DNA from: a virus
Taxonomy: Duplodnaviria; Caudoviricetes
Virus record (IMG/VR): IMGVR_UViG_3300027777_000006
Span: 1-38,383 of that record
Length of the DNA: 38,383 bases
Direction: 5' to 3' (one strand)
Shown: positions 25,404 through 34,516 of the stretch, piece after piece
How the letters are laid out: every line of letters starts with the position of its first letter
Numbering within the stretch: the first letter of the stretch is position 1
Notes under the pieces: generated by a model
Databases searched by the model: none
Told to the model about the DNA's origin: nothing
Seen by the model: only the letters and a program-made list of their open reading frames with translations
Program-made: the position numbers and the translations under genes

Positions 25404-25876
25404 GAGAGCAGGAGATCGTTTTTGCCACCGAGGTATGCCTGCCGAAACCCTTCCGGCAGGAGATCATTTTCCGTGTAGGTGATGTCCTCTAGAATCTCGA
25501 CCGGATCTATCTTCTCTGTGATATGGAAGGTGCTCCAAATGGTGTCGGCATGCACAAGGACAACTCTTCGGGAACCAATTTCAGTGATGCCCGTGTAAGG
25601 GGCTTGCAAGACCTCCCTGCTGCCGTCCTCTTTAATGACTTCCACAACTCCTTTGGAGATGACGAAGGGGTGCTGAGTCTTGTGGGTGCGGGAGGTAACA
25701 ATGATCCCCGCGGGCATGTGGATCTCGCGAATATACATGCCGTCAGAAAACCGATGGACAAGAGGGCAATTAACCTGCGGACACTTTGCCAACTCAGCCT
25801 CAAAGAGATCCATCTTCTCTTTCTGTGAAAGGGGAGTGGTGGCGAGATCCATGAGGGGTTCTTTTATCACATTCAT
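25400..25876 (-). CDS. Cupin-fold protein in the virion morphogenesis cluster
   Basis: HRFSDGMYIREIHMPAG...HKTQHPFVISKG...WSTFH. Confidence 0.78.
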   Translation of the reverse strand: MNVIKEPLMDLATTPLSQKEKMDLFEAELAKCPQVNCPLVHRFSDGMYIREIHMPAGIIVTSRTHKTQHPFVISKGVVEVIKEDGSREVLQAPYTGITEIGSRRVVLVHADTIWSTFHITEKIDPVEILEDITYTENDLLPEGFRQAYLGGKNDLLLS

Positions 25877-25893
25877 ATATACACCTCAAGCCA

Positions 25894-28590
25894 CTACTGA
25901 CCCGCCTCCGCGGAATCCCAACTTGCTGCGATAGCGACCACCGTGAGTGGCATCGGGAGGGTCTGCCGGATGGAGATGTCCACGCCGTCTTTCCAGTTGG
26001 AGGAGACCGAAACCCTCTCGTATCCGAGGAGCACGGGAGGGAGTGAGTCCATCTCATCGGATAGGTGTCGGGTGACTAGAGGGAACCAGTTCACACCATC
26101 TGAGGAGTATTCTCCCGCGAGTGAATTATAGACCTTCACATTCATCTTATTGATCCGCATCCGGCGACCTGCGGAGGTGCCGTCTTGCAGATCCTTCTGC
26201 AACATCATCGGCGTAAGCGTTGAGGTGTAGGGTAGCCCGATCAGCACGGAGGAGGCAGGAGACTGCAACGTGATGCTGCCGGCCACTACGGTCGGTTGCG
26301 TCACACTAAGCGACCCTACGGCATTGTCGGCCCATACAGAGACCTTCTGACCCTCTAAATGGGAAAGTCCGGTGATGGTGGTGGTGGGAGATCCAAAGGT
26401 CTTCAGCACTGCGGCATCGAGATACCACCACGAAGAGGTGTCGGCATTGTCGAGAGCGTCACGCATGCCCGTGCGGAACCGCTCGATATAGCGGACGGTA
26501 GCCCCATTAATGATTCTTTTCACGGACACATAGACCTCGTCCTCGCCATTGAGTCCGTTGAGTGTGGCGACCGATTCAAAGGTGCCTCCGATGGTAGTGT
26601 GCCGACTAAATCCGACCACCTGCTGCTCCCTCTCGTAGCACATGGTGACCAACTGACCATCGGCACGGACAAGCCACAGAAGGGCATCCGGCACCCGTTG
26701 GTAGGCTTGTTCCACGATCCCGCCGCGTGTCGTGTGCTCCGCTAGTGCGGTGATGTCGTTGGAGACCCATGTCTCACTTGACCATGTGTAGACAAACTCC
26801 CGTAGCTTCCGTCCCATCTTTTGGAGGTAGATGACGGTGTCATTGATAATGAGGGCGGGAAGGGATGTGCTTCCGTATTTGGACTGCTTTTTGGCTAAGA
26901 CGTTGGTCGGCGTGAGGGGTCGTGTCCCGTCCGAGGAGGAGAGACTCCACTCGTCTTGAGTGGTGCCGATGAGCAAACCCGTCTTGCTGGTCAACCACTG
27001 GATGCGCCCGCCGGAGTTACTGGCAAGAGTGAAAGAGTAGGAGTCAGCGTCATAGGCACCCTGCCGGAAGTTCTCAAAGTCGTTAGTGACACTTCCCCAA
27101 ATGGTGGAGGGTGCCTCACTGGTGCCTGCAAAGATGATCCGACTCTCGTGAATAGAGCAGGAGGAGGGGTAACCCTTCACCGCGGAGAAGGCACCTTCGT
27201 TCCAGACTGCGGTTGCTGTGGCGTTGCCGAGATCCTTAATAACCTTTGCGGTGACTACGGTCGATGAGGTGAATCCCGTGATCCTCACCAAACCTTTGAG
27301 TGTTGGATCGACAGGGGAAAGCATCACCCGCGGGGCAAAGGAGGTGGTGGTCGGCATTGCGGTTCCTCCGACATAGGTGGATACCGCATAGTTGCTGACC
27401 TTCAGCCGGAAGAGGGTGTCGGTAAACTCCTCACCACTTGAGGTCGCGTTGTAGTCAGCGGCACTCTTGTAGGTGCGGACGGTCTTCCAGTTGATCCCGT
27501 TGTCGGAGGAGGCTTGCAGGTCGATGGATGCCGTCCACGTTCCAAAGGTCTGAAGAGACCACTTGCCCAAAATCTTGATTGCGCCGGAGGTCGCGTTGGT
27601 GGTGTCGATGGCGAGAGAGAGGGTGCTCGACGGGTTTGGGTGGGCGATCTGCCAGTAGCTTCCAACATGTGCCGCGGTGAAGATGCCGCTTGATGCTGTA
27701 AGGGTCGTGGTTGCACCTGCAAGAGCAGGAAAGAGTGCCGAGAGAGATCCGGTGGAGGTAGCTGCCGGAGCAGTGGTCACCACAAAGGTGAATGTGTCCG
27801 CGGTCGGGATGCTGGCAACTACCCACGACCCGTTGTAGTTGGCTTGAGCGGAACCACTGATGGTGATGGGTTGACCGATGTAGAGACCGTGATTGGTGTA
27901 GGTGCCCGTTGCTGTGGTGGTCACATAGCTCAAAGCGACTGAGGAAAGGGTGGTGGTCGTGCCGGAGGGGGTGATGCTGGTGGTGGTGGCATTCACATCA
28001 CCCATCTGCGCCCACTTCCACGGAACCTCTCCAATGGTGAAGGGAGGATTGCTGGAGTTGGTGCCCCAATAGGAGAGACGAAGAGGAGTGTAGGAGGGGT
28101 GTGTGAGGTAGACCACGTTGTTGACCTGCACGATGGCAACGGTGCGGAGTTCTGCCTCAGAGTAAGGGACGGGAGTGCCTACTGAGCCGGAGGATGCCGC
28201 ATAGACGGGTGCCGTACTGGTGGAAGCATAGGTGATCCCGACCGCTTCAAGTACGCTAGAGGTCGTGTAAGCGACACCGTTCCATGTAGCTACAACTGGA
28301 TGCGTCATCATGGCACCATCCTTCCAAAAGCGCATGTACCCCACACCAAGTTCCAGCACGATGCGGTTGGCATCGGAGAGGTTCAGACCGATCAAGCGGC
28401 AACGGGTTCCAGCAATCTTCGCGGCACCGAGATACTCCGTGCCGGATCTCCTATTGGCAGGCCCGTAGGGAGTGATGAGGTAGTTCTCTAGCTTGGAGCA
28501 ACCGCTCCGATACTTGTCGAGAGTGGTACGCGAAGAAAGGTACGGGCTGAGTTCTCCCGCGTTGAAGGAGGAGATGAGGTCGTGAATCAC
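25894..28590 (-). CDS. Tail tubular protein B / nozzle (T7 gp12-like)
   Basis: SFNAGELSP...RRSGT N-terminus; GYPS...RIIFAGT; IGLPYTS; contains an NHGL...ITISG...YNG...DTFTF insertion domain. Confidence 0.92.
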   Translation of the reverse strand: MIHDLISSFNAGELSPYLSSRTTLDKYRSGCSKLENYLITPYGPANRRSGTEYLGAAKIAGTRCRLIGLNLSDANRIVLELGVGYMRFWKDGAMMTHPVVATWNGVAYTTSSVLEAVGITYASTSTAPVYAASSGSVGTPVPYSEAELRTVAIVQVNNVVYLTHPSYTPLRLSYWGTNSSNPPFTIGEVPWKWAQMGDVNATTTSITPSGTTTTLSSVALSYVTTTATGTYTNHGLYIGQPITISGSAQANYNGSWVVASIPTADTFTFVVTTAPAATSTGSLSALFPALAGATTTLTASSGIFTAAHVGSYWQIAHPNPSSTLSLAIDTTNATSGAIKILGKWSLQTFGTWTASIDLQASSDNGINWKTVRTYKSAADYNATSSGEEFTDTLFRLKVSNYAVSTYVGGTAMPTTTSFAPRVMLSPVDPTLKGLVRITGFTSSTVVTAKVIKDLGNATATAVWNEGAFSAVKGYPSSCSIHESRIIFAGTSEAPSTIWGSVTNDFENFRQGAYDADSYSFTLASNSGGRIQWLTSKTGLLIGTTQDEWSLSSSDGTRPLTPTNVLAKKQSKYGSTSLPALIINDTVIYLQKMGRKLREFVYTWSSETWVSNDITALAEHTTRGGIVEQAYQRVPDALLWLVRADGQLVTMCYEREQQVVGFSRHTTIGGTFESVATLNGLNGEDEVYVSVKRIINGATVRYIERFRTGMRDALDNADTSSWWYLDAAVLKTFGSPTTTITGLSHLEGQKVSVWADNAVGSLSVTQPTVVAGSITLQSPASSVLIGLPYTSTLTPMMLQKDLQDGTSAGRRMRINKMNVKVYNSLAGEYSSDGVNWFPLVTRHLSDEMDSLPPVLLGYERVSVSSNWKDGVDISIRQTLPMPLTVVAIAASWDSAEAGQ

Positions 28591-29180
28591 GCGAGTAGAC
28601 CGTTAAAGCGAGAACGTACCAAAGGAGAGTTCAGCCACGGTTCGATCTTGCGCGGTCGTGTGGAATTGGCATCGATGCGTCCCGACTCCGAGATGGCGAC
28701 CTTGAACTCTGCAAGCAGTTGGTTCTTCAAATCAAGAGATCCGGCAAGTGGTTTGGCTAATTCGGCTCCGAGTCGGAGGGCAAACACTTCCACAAAGGCG
28801 GGGGTGAAGGTGGAGGCATCGGGCGAGGTGGAGATGTAGGCAATCTCGGCACTCTCCTCATCAGTGAGAAGTGTCTGCCCATTGATCTCGTAGTTGGCAA
28901 TGGCATCGGTCGAGGTGAAGGAGTTGAACTTCACGATGCGGGCGAAGTCCGCGGGGAGTTGATAGGAGAAGTTCCAATCGAAAATGGGTGCCGCAGAGTT
29001 CTGCGACAGGGAGGCAAGCTGAGTGGCGAAGTTCCATGTGTTTTGCATGAGGACTTGACCGAGAACCACGGGGTAGAAGAGCTTGCAGAAACGGGATTCC
29101 AACGTGTTGTCATCGAGCGAGGTGATCGACTGATCTCCGATTTTGGAGAGGGCGAGATTGCAGATGGTCGTTGAATCCAT
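28587..29180 (-). CDS. Tail tubular protein A / adaptor (T7 gp11-like)
   Basis: ICNLALSKIG...WNFA...YQLPAD...FVEVFALRL. Confidence 0.92.
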   Translation of the reverse strand: MDSTTICNLALSKIGDQSITSLDDNTLESRFCKLFYPVVLGQVLMQNTWNFATQLASLSQNSAAPIFDWNFSYQLPADFARIVKFNSFTSTDAIANYEINGQTLLTDEESAEIAYISTSPDASTFTPAFVEVFALRLGAELAKPLAGSLDLKNQLLAEFKVAISESGRIDANSTRPRKIEPWLNSPLVRSRFNGLLA

Positions 29181-29198
29181 AGAGAGATATTTTTGGTT

Positions 29199-29236
29199 AA
29201 AAGAAAGGGGTGGGATCCCATAAGGAACCCCACCCC
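29199..29236 (-). terminator. Intrinsic terminator after the capsid gene
   Basis: Minus strand GGGGTGGGGTTCC-TTATG-GGATCCCACCCC followed by TTTCTTTT. Confidence 0.8.
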
Positions 29237-29250
29237 CGACTTGGGAGGGA

Positions 29251-30177
29251 CTACTGCTTGGTCGTGTCCGTGAGGATGGTCACCACTGCGCTGTCAAGCA
29301 GACGGGTGGCACCGACAACCGCGGTGGAACGAATGGCCAAACCGTGTGAAAGGTCAGCGCGAATGTCCATGTAGGTCTTGCGTCCACCGTCCACGAGAAC
29401 GAGAGCGTTCTTGTGATAGGCGAAGCAAGTGCGGAGGGCGGGAGTTCCGGCAACTGCAAGACCCTCGTAGCGGACGATCTTGAAACCGAGGAAGGAATCA
29501 ACCTGTCCGTCCACCAGTGCGCGAACACTGTTGTAAAGACTGTTGGAGACCTCAGTGGTCGAAAGCAGGTCACTGACTTCAGCGGCACTGATGACGAGAA
29601 CGCGGTCTTCGGCAGGAACTTCGTTCTTGTCGAGCTTGTACTTGGCATAACGCACCTTGTCGATGGTCAGGCCGGAGTTCACTGCGGTGCCACCAAACGG
29701 AACGCGATCCTTCGCGATCTGGTTGTTGGTCGTGTCGTAAGCAACGGACTTTGTCACTTGGATGCCCTTACTGGAGGTGTCTGTCTCCGTAGCGGAACCA
29801 GTGGCAGCATCACGGATGATGCCGTCAACCGTCCTGTTGTACGCGGCGACCTGCGACTGCATGATCTCACTGGTCGGGTTGGATACCGAACCGAGGAAGA
29901 TTTCATCAAATTCGTCAACAATGTTGGCGACATCGTAAGCAGTCGGGTAGGCCCAACGTGAAGGCATCGTGATGTCGATGGTAGGAGTAGCGGCATTCTT
30001 GCTGCTGACTGCTGCCATTGCGATCTTGTCCATCTGGTTGAAGCGGACTGCGGCACCGGAAGCGGAGACGAGTTTGACACGCTCTTTGAGACGGGAATCA
30101 AGTTGCTGGAGGAGAAGCTGCCACGAGTTTTCGTAGGCAACAATGAAGTGCTGATCGATTTGGGTAAGGTTAGCCAT
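29251..30177 (-). CDS. Major capsid protein
   Basis: LLQQLDSRL...AYNRTVD...ALVDG...FLGFK; located between scaffold and tail adaptor. Confidence 0.92.
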   Translation of the reverse strand: MANLTQIDQHFIVAYENSWQLLLQQLDSRLKERVKLVSASGAAVRFNQMDKIAMAAVSSKNAATPTIDITMPSRWAYPTAYDVANIVDEFDEIFLGSVSNPTSEIMQSQVAAYNRTVDGIIRDAATGSATETDTSSKGIQVTKSVAYDTTNNQIAKDRVPFGGTAVNSGLTIDKVRYAKYKLDKNEVPAEDRVLVISAAEVSDLLSTTEVSNSLYNSVRALVDGQVDSFLGFKIVRYEGLAVAGTPALRTCFAYHKNALVLVDGGRKTYMDIRADLSHGLAIRSTAVVGATRLLDSAVVTILTDTTKQ

Positions 30178-30247
30178 GATAGGGTAGGTGGGTGTGTCTC
30201 CGCGGGTTGGTTAGCGGAAACGAGTTTGGATTGATGTCCGGTCTGCT

Positions 30248-30320
30248 CTGATTGTCCCTAACGGGGTCAGTCTCAATCGGGTCACTCCACCTACATGGGC
30301 CGAAGATTTGGTTATCCTTC
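30248..30320 (-). ncRNA. Structured capsid-leader element (candidate cis-regulatory RNA)
   Basis: Minus strand CTGA-CCCC-GTTA-GGG-ACAA-TCAG hairpin, with a second GGATAAC and GACCCG upstream. Confidence 0.4.
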
Positions 30321-30435
30321 GATGGCGTTGGTTTGTCTATACACCTCTCGGCACACGACCGCAAGCCCGACTAGTATCAAACTGGACATTTCATTGCAGA
30401 AAGTGCAATCGGATGTAGGGTGGCATCTGTTCAGT

Positions 30436-30503
30436 CACCGATTCATCCAGTGGTAGGATCCCGTGTTGATCGGGGAACGAGTGTTCGATTCACTCATCGG
30501 TTG
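30436..30503 (+). ncRNA. tRNA-like RNA with a truncated anticodon arm
   Basis: Acceptor (C)ACCGAT/ATCGGT(T); D arm ATCC-AGTGGTA-GGAT; CCCG-TGTTGAT-CGGG; variable loop GAAC; T arm GAGTG-TTCGATT-CACTC; no CCA. Confidence 0.7.
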
Positions 30504-30573
30504 ATTATCTGCGGGGCGCGAAATCCCCTCATGGGGTCATTTGGGCGCACGGATCTAATCAATTTCTCCAGAC

Positions 30574-30640
30574 ACAAGAAACCCCCACCTCCTCTCGCAC
30601 GGAGCATGTAGCCCGCGGTGGCGATATCGAGATGGGGGCC
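30574..30640 (-). terminator. Long hairpin/terminator after the scaffold gene
   Basis: Minus strand CCCCCATCTC...GAGGTGGGGG followed by TTTCTTGT. Confidence 0.5.
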
Positions 30641-30659
30641 GTCTTGAACAGTCGAGCAA

Positions 30660-31610
30660 CTAACCGTTCTTGAGCAAGTCGAGGACTAGTTTGTTGATCT
30701 CCTTGTCACCGTCCACATACCGCTGATGGTACGGGTTCTGCGGGTTCATCTGGATGTCCCTGCCCTTCGCCGATCCTGCCATGAAGGTGGCAGTGCTGTC
30801 CGAGTTGACGATCTTGTCATCGCTCACCATGCGGGCAAAGCGTTCCAGTGCTACCACCACCGCGGGATCAGAAAGACCCTTTGAGTTGGGGTCGAGTCCG
30901 GTCACTTGGCAGGCCCGTTTCACCACTGCCATGTTGGTGTCGAACTTGTCACCCCATGCTTCACCGAGTGCTTTCTTGCCTGCCTCAAACTCCACTTGTG
31001 CGGCCTTTGCCTGCACCTCTGCGGCTTGAGAGGATCGGGCGAGATCGAATGCCATGATCTGCTCGGCTTGAGCAGGCGTGACTCCGAGCTTATGGGCGAG
31101 AGTGTTGAACTCCTTTGCCTGCCCCTCGTTCCATTCTGCTCCGGCAGGGAGGTTCTGAGGCTTGACCGCGTAACCGTCCGCGTTCTCCGGCACACCACGC
31201 TTCGCGTTGAATGCTGCCCACTCCTCCGGCGTACTCTTGTCGGTCGGCATGATGATGGCATCTGCCTTCTTGCCGAGGAGACGTTGCTGATTGATCAGCG
31301 TCTTCGCCATTGCCGCGGGATCCTTGAACTGACCGAGGATCTGCTTGTCGTTCTTGAACTCGTCACCGAGTCGGTCGAGCCACCCTTCCCCAAACTGACC
31401 TTTGTCGTTCAGAGACCACGGGGAACTATCCGTCTGAGTCGAGGTCGGTGAAGTCGAGGTACTCCCGCCAGTTGTCGGGTCGATGAGGCTTCCCGTTCCT
31501 GTGGGGGTCGATGTCGTCGTAGGGGTCGGGTTGGTGCTGCCCTCGCTTGAGGCGAGGAGTGCGTTGCCGTCCACGGGAGTCACTGAGACCCCCTCGCTTG
31601 AGTTGTTCAT
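30660..31610 (-). CDS. Capsid assembly scaffolding protein
   Basis: S/T-rich N-terminus; QRLLGKK...KRGVPE...Y...AHKLGVT...WGDKFD; between portal and capsid. Confidence 0.88.
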   Translation of the reverse strand: MNNSSEGVSVTPVDGNALLASSEGSTNPTPTTTSTPTGTGSLIDPTTGGSTSTSPTSTQTDSSPWSLNDKGQFGEGWLDRLGDEFKNDKQILGQFKDPAAMAKTLINQQRLLGKKADAIIMPTDKSTPEEWAAFNAKRGVPENADGYAVKPQNLPAGAEWNEGQAKEFNTLAHKLGVTPAQAEQIMAFDLARSSQAAEVQAKAAQVEFEAGKKALGEAWGDKFDTNMAVVKRACQVTGLDPNSKGLSDPAVVVALERFARMVSDDKIVNSDSTATFMAGSAKGRDIQMNPQNPYHQRYVDGDKEINKLVLDLLKNG

Positions 31611-31843
31611 TCGGTTTCATTGGGTTGGTGGTTGCTGTCGTTGCTCGCGGGTGTATCTACACCCGTAGGCAAAATGGAGTCCTGCATAGGTGGCAATACA
31701 CCTCCGGCTAAAAATTCGGCATGCTCCACCTCCGTGAAGTTCTCCCGATGCCAACTGATGAAGGTCGGATTCTCCCGTAGGGATTCCGGCTTGAGTTCGG
31801 TCGGTCTAGTCCTTTCGGGCTGTTTTGGTTTTTGGTGCTTCAT
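31607..31843 (-). CDS. Hypothetical protein
   Basis: ATGA-coupled to the scaffold gene; encodes two motif copies. Confidence 0.55.
   Translation of the reverse strand: MKHQKPKQPERTRPTELKPESLRENPTFISWHRENFTEVEHAEFLAGGVLPPMQDSILPTGVDTPASNDSNHQPNETE
31641..31672. promoter_or_regulatory. Extended GGTGT-N4-ACACC palindrome
   Basis: TTGC tcg CGGGTGT atct ACACCCG tag GCAA; a second copy AGGTGG caat ACACCT lies at 31688-31703. Confidence 0.7.
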
Positions 31844-32057
31844 GAGTCGCTCGCTTGATGCAGGATTCGATATGCAGGATCACCTGCCTCTGACCGTCCC
31901 GTAGTGCCGCTTTAAGGGGGTCGTAGTTGCCCTCGGAGTTAGCGATGAATGCAGGAGCATCAGTGCCGAAAACCTTCTTCAAATTACTCATAACCTCCAC
32001 ACCCGCCTCAGTCGTGAGCACCGAATAAGAGAGAACCTCTTTAGGGATTCCGCTCAT
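31806..32057 (-). CDS. Bbp19-like small protein
   Basis: GVEVMSNL...DPLKAALRDGQRQVILHI; directly after the portal. Confidence 0.8.
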   Translation of the reverse strand: MSGIPKEVLSYSVLTTEAGVEVMSNLKKVFGTDAPAFIANSEGNYDPLKAALRDGQRQVILHIESCIKRATHEAPKTKTARKD

Positions 32058-33802
32058 TGCTGCATCCCCTTCTGAAGTTGGGCACCTGCCGCGGTCTCCG
32101 GCTTGACGCTACCGAGCTTCTGAGCGATGTCGGCTTGATGCTGCTGCTGTGCCATCTGCTGCTGCTGCGCGGCCTGCTGCTGCCTCTGCTGACGCATCTG
32201 AGCGACCTGCTGAGTGTCCCGCAGAAAGTCGGGGTCACCACCATTGGCGAGAGTCTTCTCACGCACGATCTTGTCGAAGTCAAAGTTATCAAGAGGAGAC
32301 ATGTCTCCGGTTGCTGCTGCCAGTTGGACGGCAGATCCGACCACCTCATCGATGACCTGCACCGAGCGTGTGCCGACCGCGATGGACATCCGGTTATTGA
32401 AGACCACCTGCGGTTCGGGGATGAATGCCTCACCCATCGGATTGAGTTGGATGAGAGCGTCCGGTGGTGGTGGGAGGAGACCGCGGCGGGCGAGGATGCC
32501 GTAGACACGCTTAATGAGAGGGATGAGTAGCTCAGTGGTGAGGCGGGAGTAGGTAGGGGAGATGAGGACTAATTTCTCTGACTCCATTGCACGGACTTGA
32601 GTTGCCGTGATGGGGGTTCCACCGCGTTGGGCCTCCTCTTGAGCGAACATCTGAAAGAGGGGCACATTGAAAGACTCCTCGATGTGGTTCTGCTTCATCT
32701 TCACACGGTCTTGACCGATGTCGTAGCGACCTGCTGTCGCCCATTCGCGGGGGATCGCGTTGGGATCTGTGGCTGAGAAGTAGGTGATCCCTCCGGCTCG
32801 GAGATCGACATCTCCGTTCATATCTTCCGGCACGAGCAGGCGTGGGAAGGCAGCAAGCTCGGCGAGGGAGTCGAGTTGCTTCTGGAGGAAGTTTAGTTGT
32901 TTGGCATCCGGCAACGCCACCCATGCGGGTGACCACCCATAGACACTCTGCTGCCACTTCAAGAAGCGGGAGACTACAAAGGGTTGCTCGTCAAAGCCTG
33001 CATTGCGGAGGATGTGGCGGGCATTGACCTCCACATGGACTGAGGCAAAGGCTTTATTCTCGCCATCGATCTTGCCCTTCGTCCGATCCTTCTCGGCGCG
33101 GGGAGCAATGAGGTGGATCATCTCGATCTTGTGCTCGTAGTTCTTGCCGTCTCCGCTCTCGTACTGCTTGCGTGTCGGCTCCGAGACATTCTCGATGCCG
33201 TACTCTTCCACCAGTTGCCGGATGGTCATCTCCTTTTTAACGAGGATGGTATCGACCATGCCCTCGTTATTCTCGGAGGCGCAGAAGGTGCCTACGTCAA
33301 AGGTCTTGAAGAGGAGGGGAACCGTGCTGCCGGAGTCCACAAACATCGCGCAGGTGCCAAACGCACCCCGCTCAAGATGCACCTCATGAATGGTGCTGTA
33401 GAAGTTAGAGCGACCGAGTTCCTCTAGAATGATCTCGGTGCACTCGGCAAAGTATTCATCCACCCCTTCAGCGTCCTCCATGTTCTCCGGTGCGGAGAGT
33501 TGCACCCAATTTGAGTGGGGATCATTGACGTAACTCATGATGCCCGCTGCCATGATCTGATTGGCGCGGACTGCTGTGGTGTCGAAGAGTTGAGTCTCGC
33601 GGTCGACGTTGGGGCCGACCTGCTTATTGAGGATGTAGCTCTTGCGCGGCATGACGTAGGTGGCGAGGGTCTGCCACATCGACATCCAGTAGTTGCGGTC
33701 TGCCTCTAGTGCCGACCAACGTGCCAGCACCGATGCGGCAAGCACTGTCTTGCTCTTGTCCGGTTTGGGTGTCTTTACACCTGCGGGCAAAACTTCATCC
33801 AT
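32054..33802 (-). CDS. Portal (head-tail connector) protein
   Basis: LFDTTA...AFGT...YGWSP...TATQV...RLTTELLIPLIKR; Gln-rich C-terminus. Confidence 0.95.
   Translation of the reverse strand: MDEVLPAGVKTPKPDKSKTVLAASVLARWSALEADRNYWMSMWQTLATYVMPRKSYILNKQVGPNVDRETQLFDTTAVRANQIMAAGIMSYVNDPHSNWVQLSAPENMEDAEGVDEYFAECTEIILEELGRSNFYSTIHEVHLERGAFGTCAMFVDSGSTVPLLFKTFDVGTFCASENNEGMVDTILVKKEMTIRQLVEEYGIENVSEPTRKQYESGDGKNYEHKIEMIHLIAPRAEKDRTKGKIDGENKAFASVHVEVNARHILRNAGFDEQPFVVSRFLKWQQSVYGWSPAWVALPDAKQLNFLQKQLDSLAELAAFPRLLVPEDMNGDVDLRAGGITYFSATDPNAIPREWATAGRYDIGQDRVKMKQNHIEESFNVPLFQMFAQEEAQRGGTPITATQVRAMESEKLVLISPTYSRLTTELLIPLIKRVYGILARRGLLPPPPDALIQLNPMGEAFIPEPQVVFNNRMSIAVGTRSVQVIDEVVGSAVQLAAATGDMSPLDNFDFDKIVREKTLANGGDPDFLRDTQQVAQMRQQRQQQAAQQQQMAQQQHQADIAQKLGSVKPETAAGAQLQKGMQQ
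33768..33781. promoter_or_regulatory. GGTGT-N4-ACACC palindrome inside the 5' end of the portal gene
   Basis: GGTGT cttt ACACC tgcgggcaaaa. Confidence 0.65.
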
Positions 33803-33803
33803 A

Positions 33804-34193
33804 CTAGCTTCCTAAGAGGGATCCGCTTCCGGTCGCGGTGTTGACCGATGGGTCGCCGGACTTGAGGAGGGAGGCTTTGTAACCGAAACCCTTCTGAGCG
33901 TTCACTGCTCCGGCCTGCTGTGCCAACGCAACATCCGCGGAGGATGCTGTCGGTGGTGGGGGTGGGGGAGGAGGAGTCGGAGCCGCAGGGATGTTGATGA
34001 CCGGAGGGTCAGGGGGTGAGGGTGCCATCCCGCCACCACCTCCACCCTTTGCCAGCAGAAGGGAATCCTTTGCTGGTAGACGGGGAGGCATCGGGAGACC
34101 TCCCGCGAGTGCCATTTCGGGCGTTAGGAGGTTAGAGATGTCCGATATGAAGGAGAGGAACGCTTCGCGCATGCGGAGTAGATAGCATCCCAA
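33804..34193 (-). CDS. Gly/Pro-rich small virion protein upstream of the portal
   Basis: KGGGGGG, poly-Pro, KGFGYKASLL...SLLG C-terminus typical of pre-portal genes; start uncertain. Confidence 0.7.
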   Translation of the reverse strand: MGCYLLRMREAFLSFISDISNLLTPEMALAGGLPMPPRLPAKDSLLLAKGGGGGGMAPSPPDPPVINIPAAPTPPPPPPPPTASSADVALAQQAGAVNAQKGFGYKASLLKSGDPSVNTATGSGSLLGS

Positions 34194-34504
34194 CTATACA
34201 CCCGCAAGCCGTTTCGTTTCTCCCACGAGACAAGAGGTAATTTATGGGGTGCCTGCTTGAAAGCGGACATCATGTCTCCCGCGTAGAGGTAGAGGTGCCA
34301 CATGTCGAGATGCCGGAAGGAATTGCACCACGGGTTGACGATCTCCTCCCGTGTCGCGGCATGACAGACGGGTCGCGCCATGAGGAAGAGGTCGGGAGTT
34401 GAGACCACGATGCCATTGAGCAGGTGGGCCTCTAGATCCTCTTTGAAGGATCTCGCGCATGCCTCCCTCTCGTAGACTGCCGCGGCTTCCTGTACGGGTC
34501 TCAT
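34124..34504 (-). CDS. Hypothetical protein (possibly GNAT-like)
   Basis: 126-aa ORF between terL and the pre-portal gene; WHLYLYAGD motif. Confidence 0.65.
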   Translation of the reverse strand: MRPVQEAAAVYEREACARSFKEDLEAHLLNGIVVSTPDLFLMARPVCHAATREEIVNPWCNSFRHLDMWHLYLYAGDMMSAFKQAPHKLPLVSWEKRNGLRVYSWDAIYSACAKRSSPSYRTSLTS

Positions 34505-34516
34505 GTACAGGAAGGA

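Noticed and set aside
30436-30503. Functional tRNA-Gln(TTG)
   Set aside because: Anticodon arm too short, G33 instead of U33, 1:72 mismatch and no CCA; kept only as a tRNA-like RNA
33950-34050. G-rich runs as a G-quadruplex or DNA repeat element
   Set aside because: Explained by poly-Pro and poly-Gly codons of the pre-portal protein; the same applies to CAG runs in the portal's Gln-rich tail
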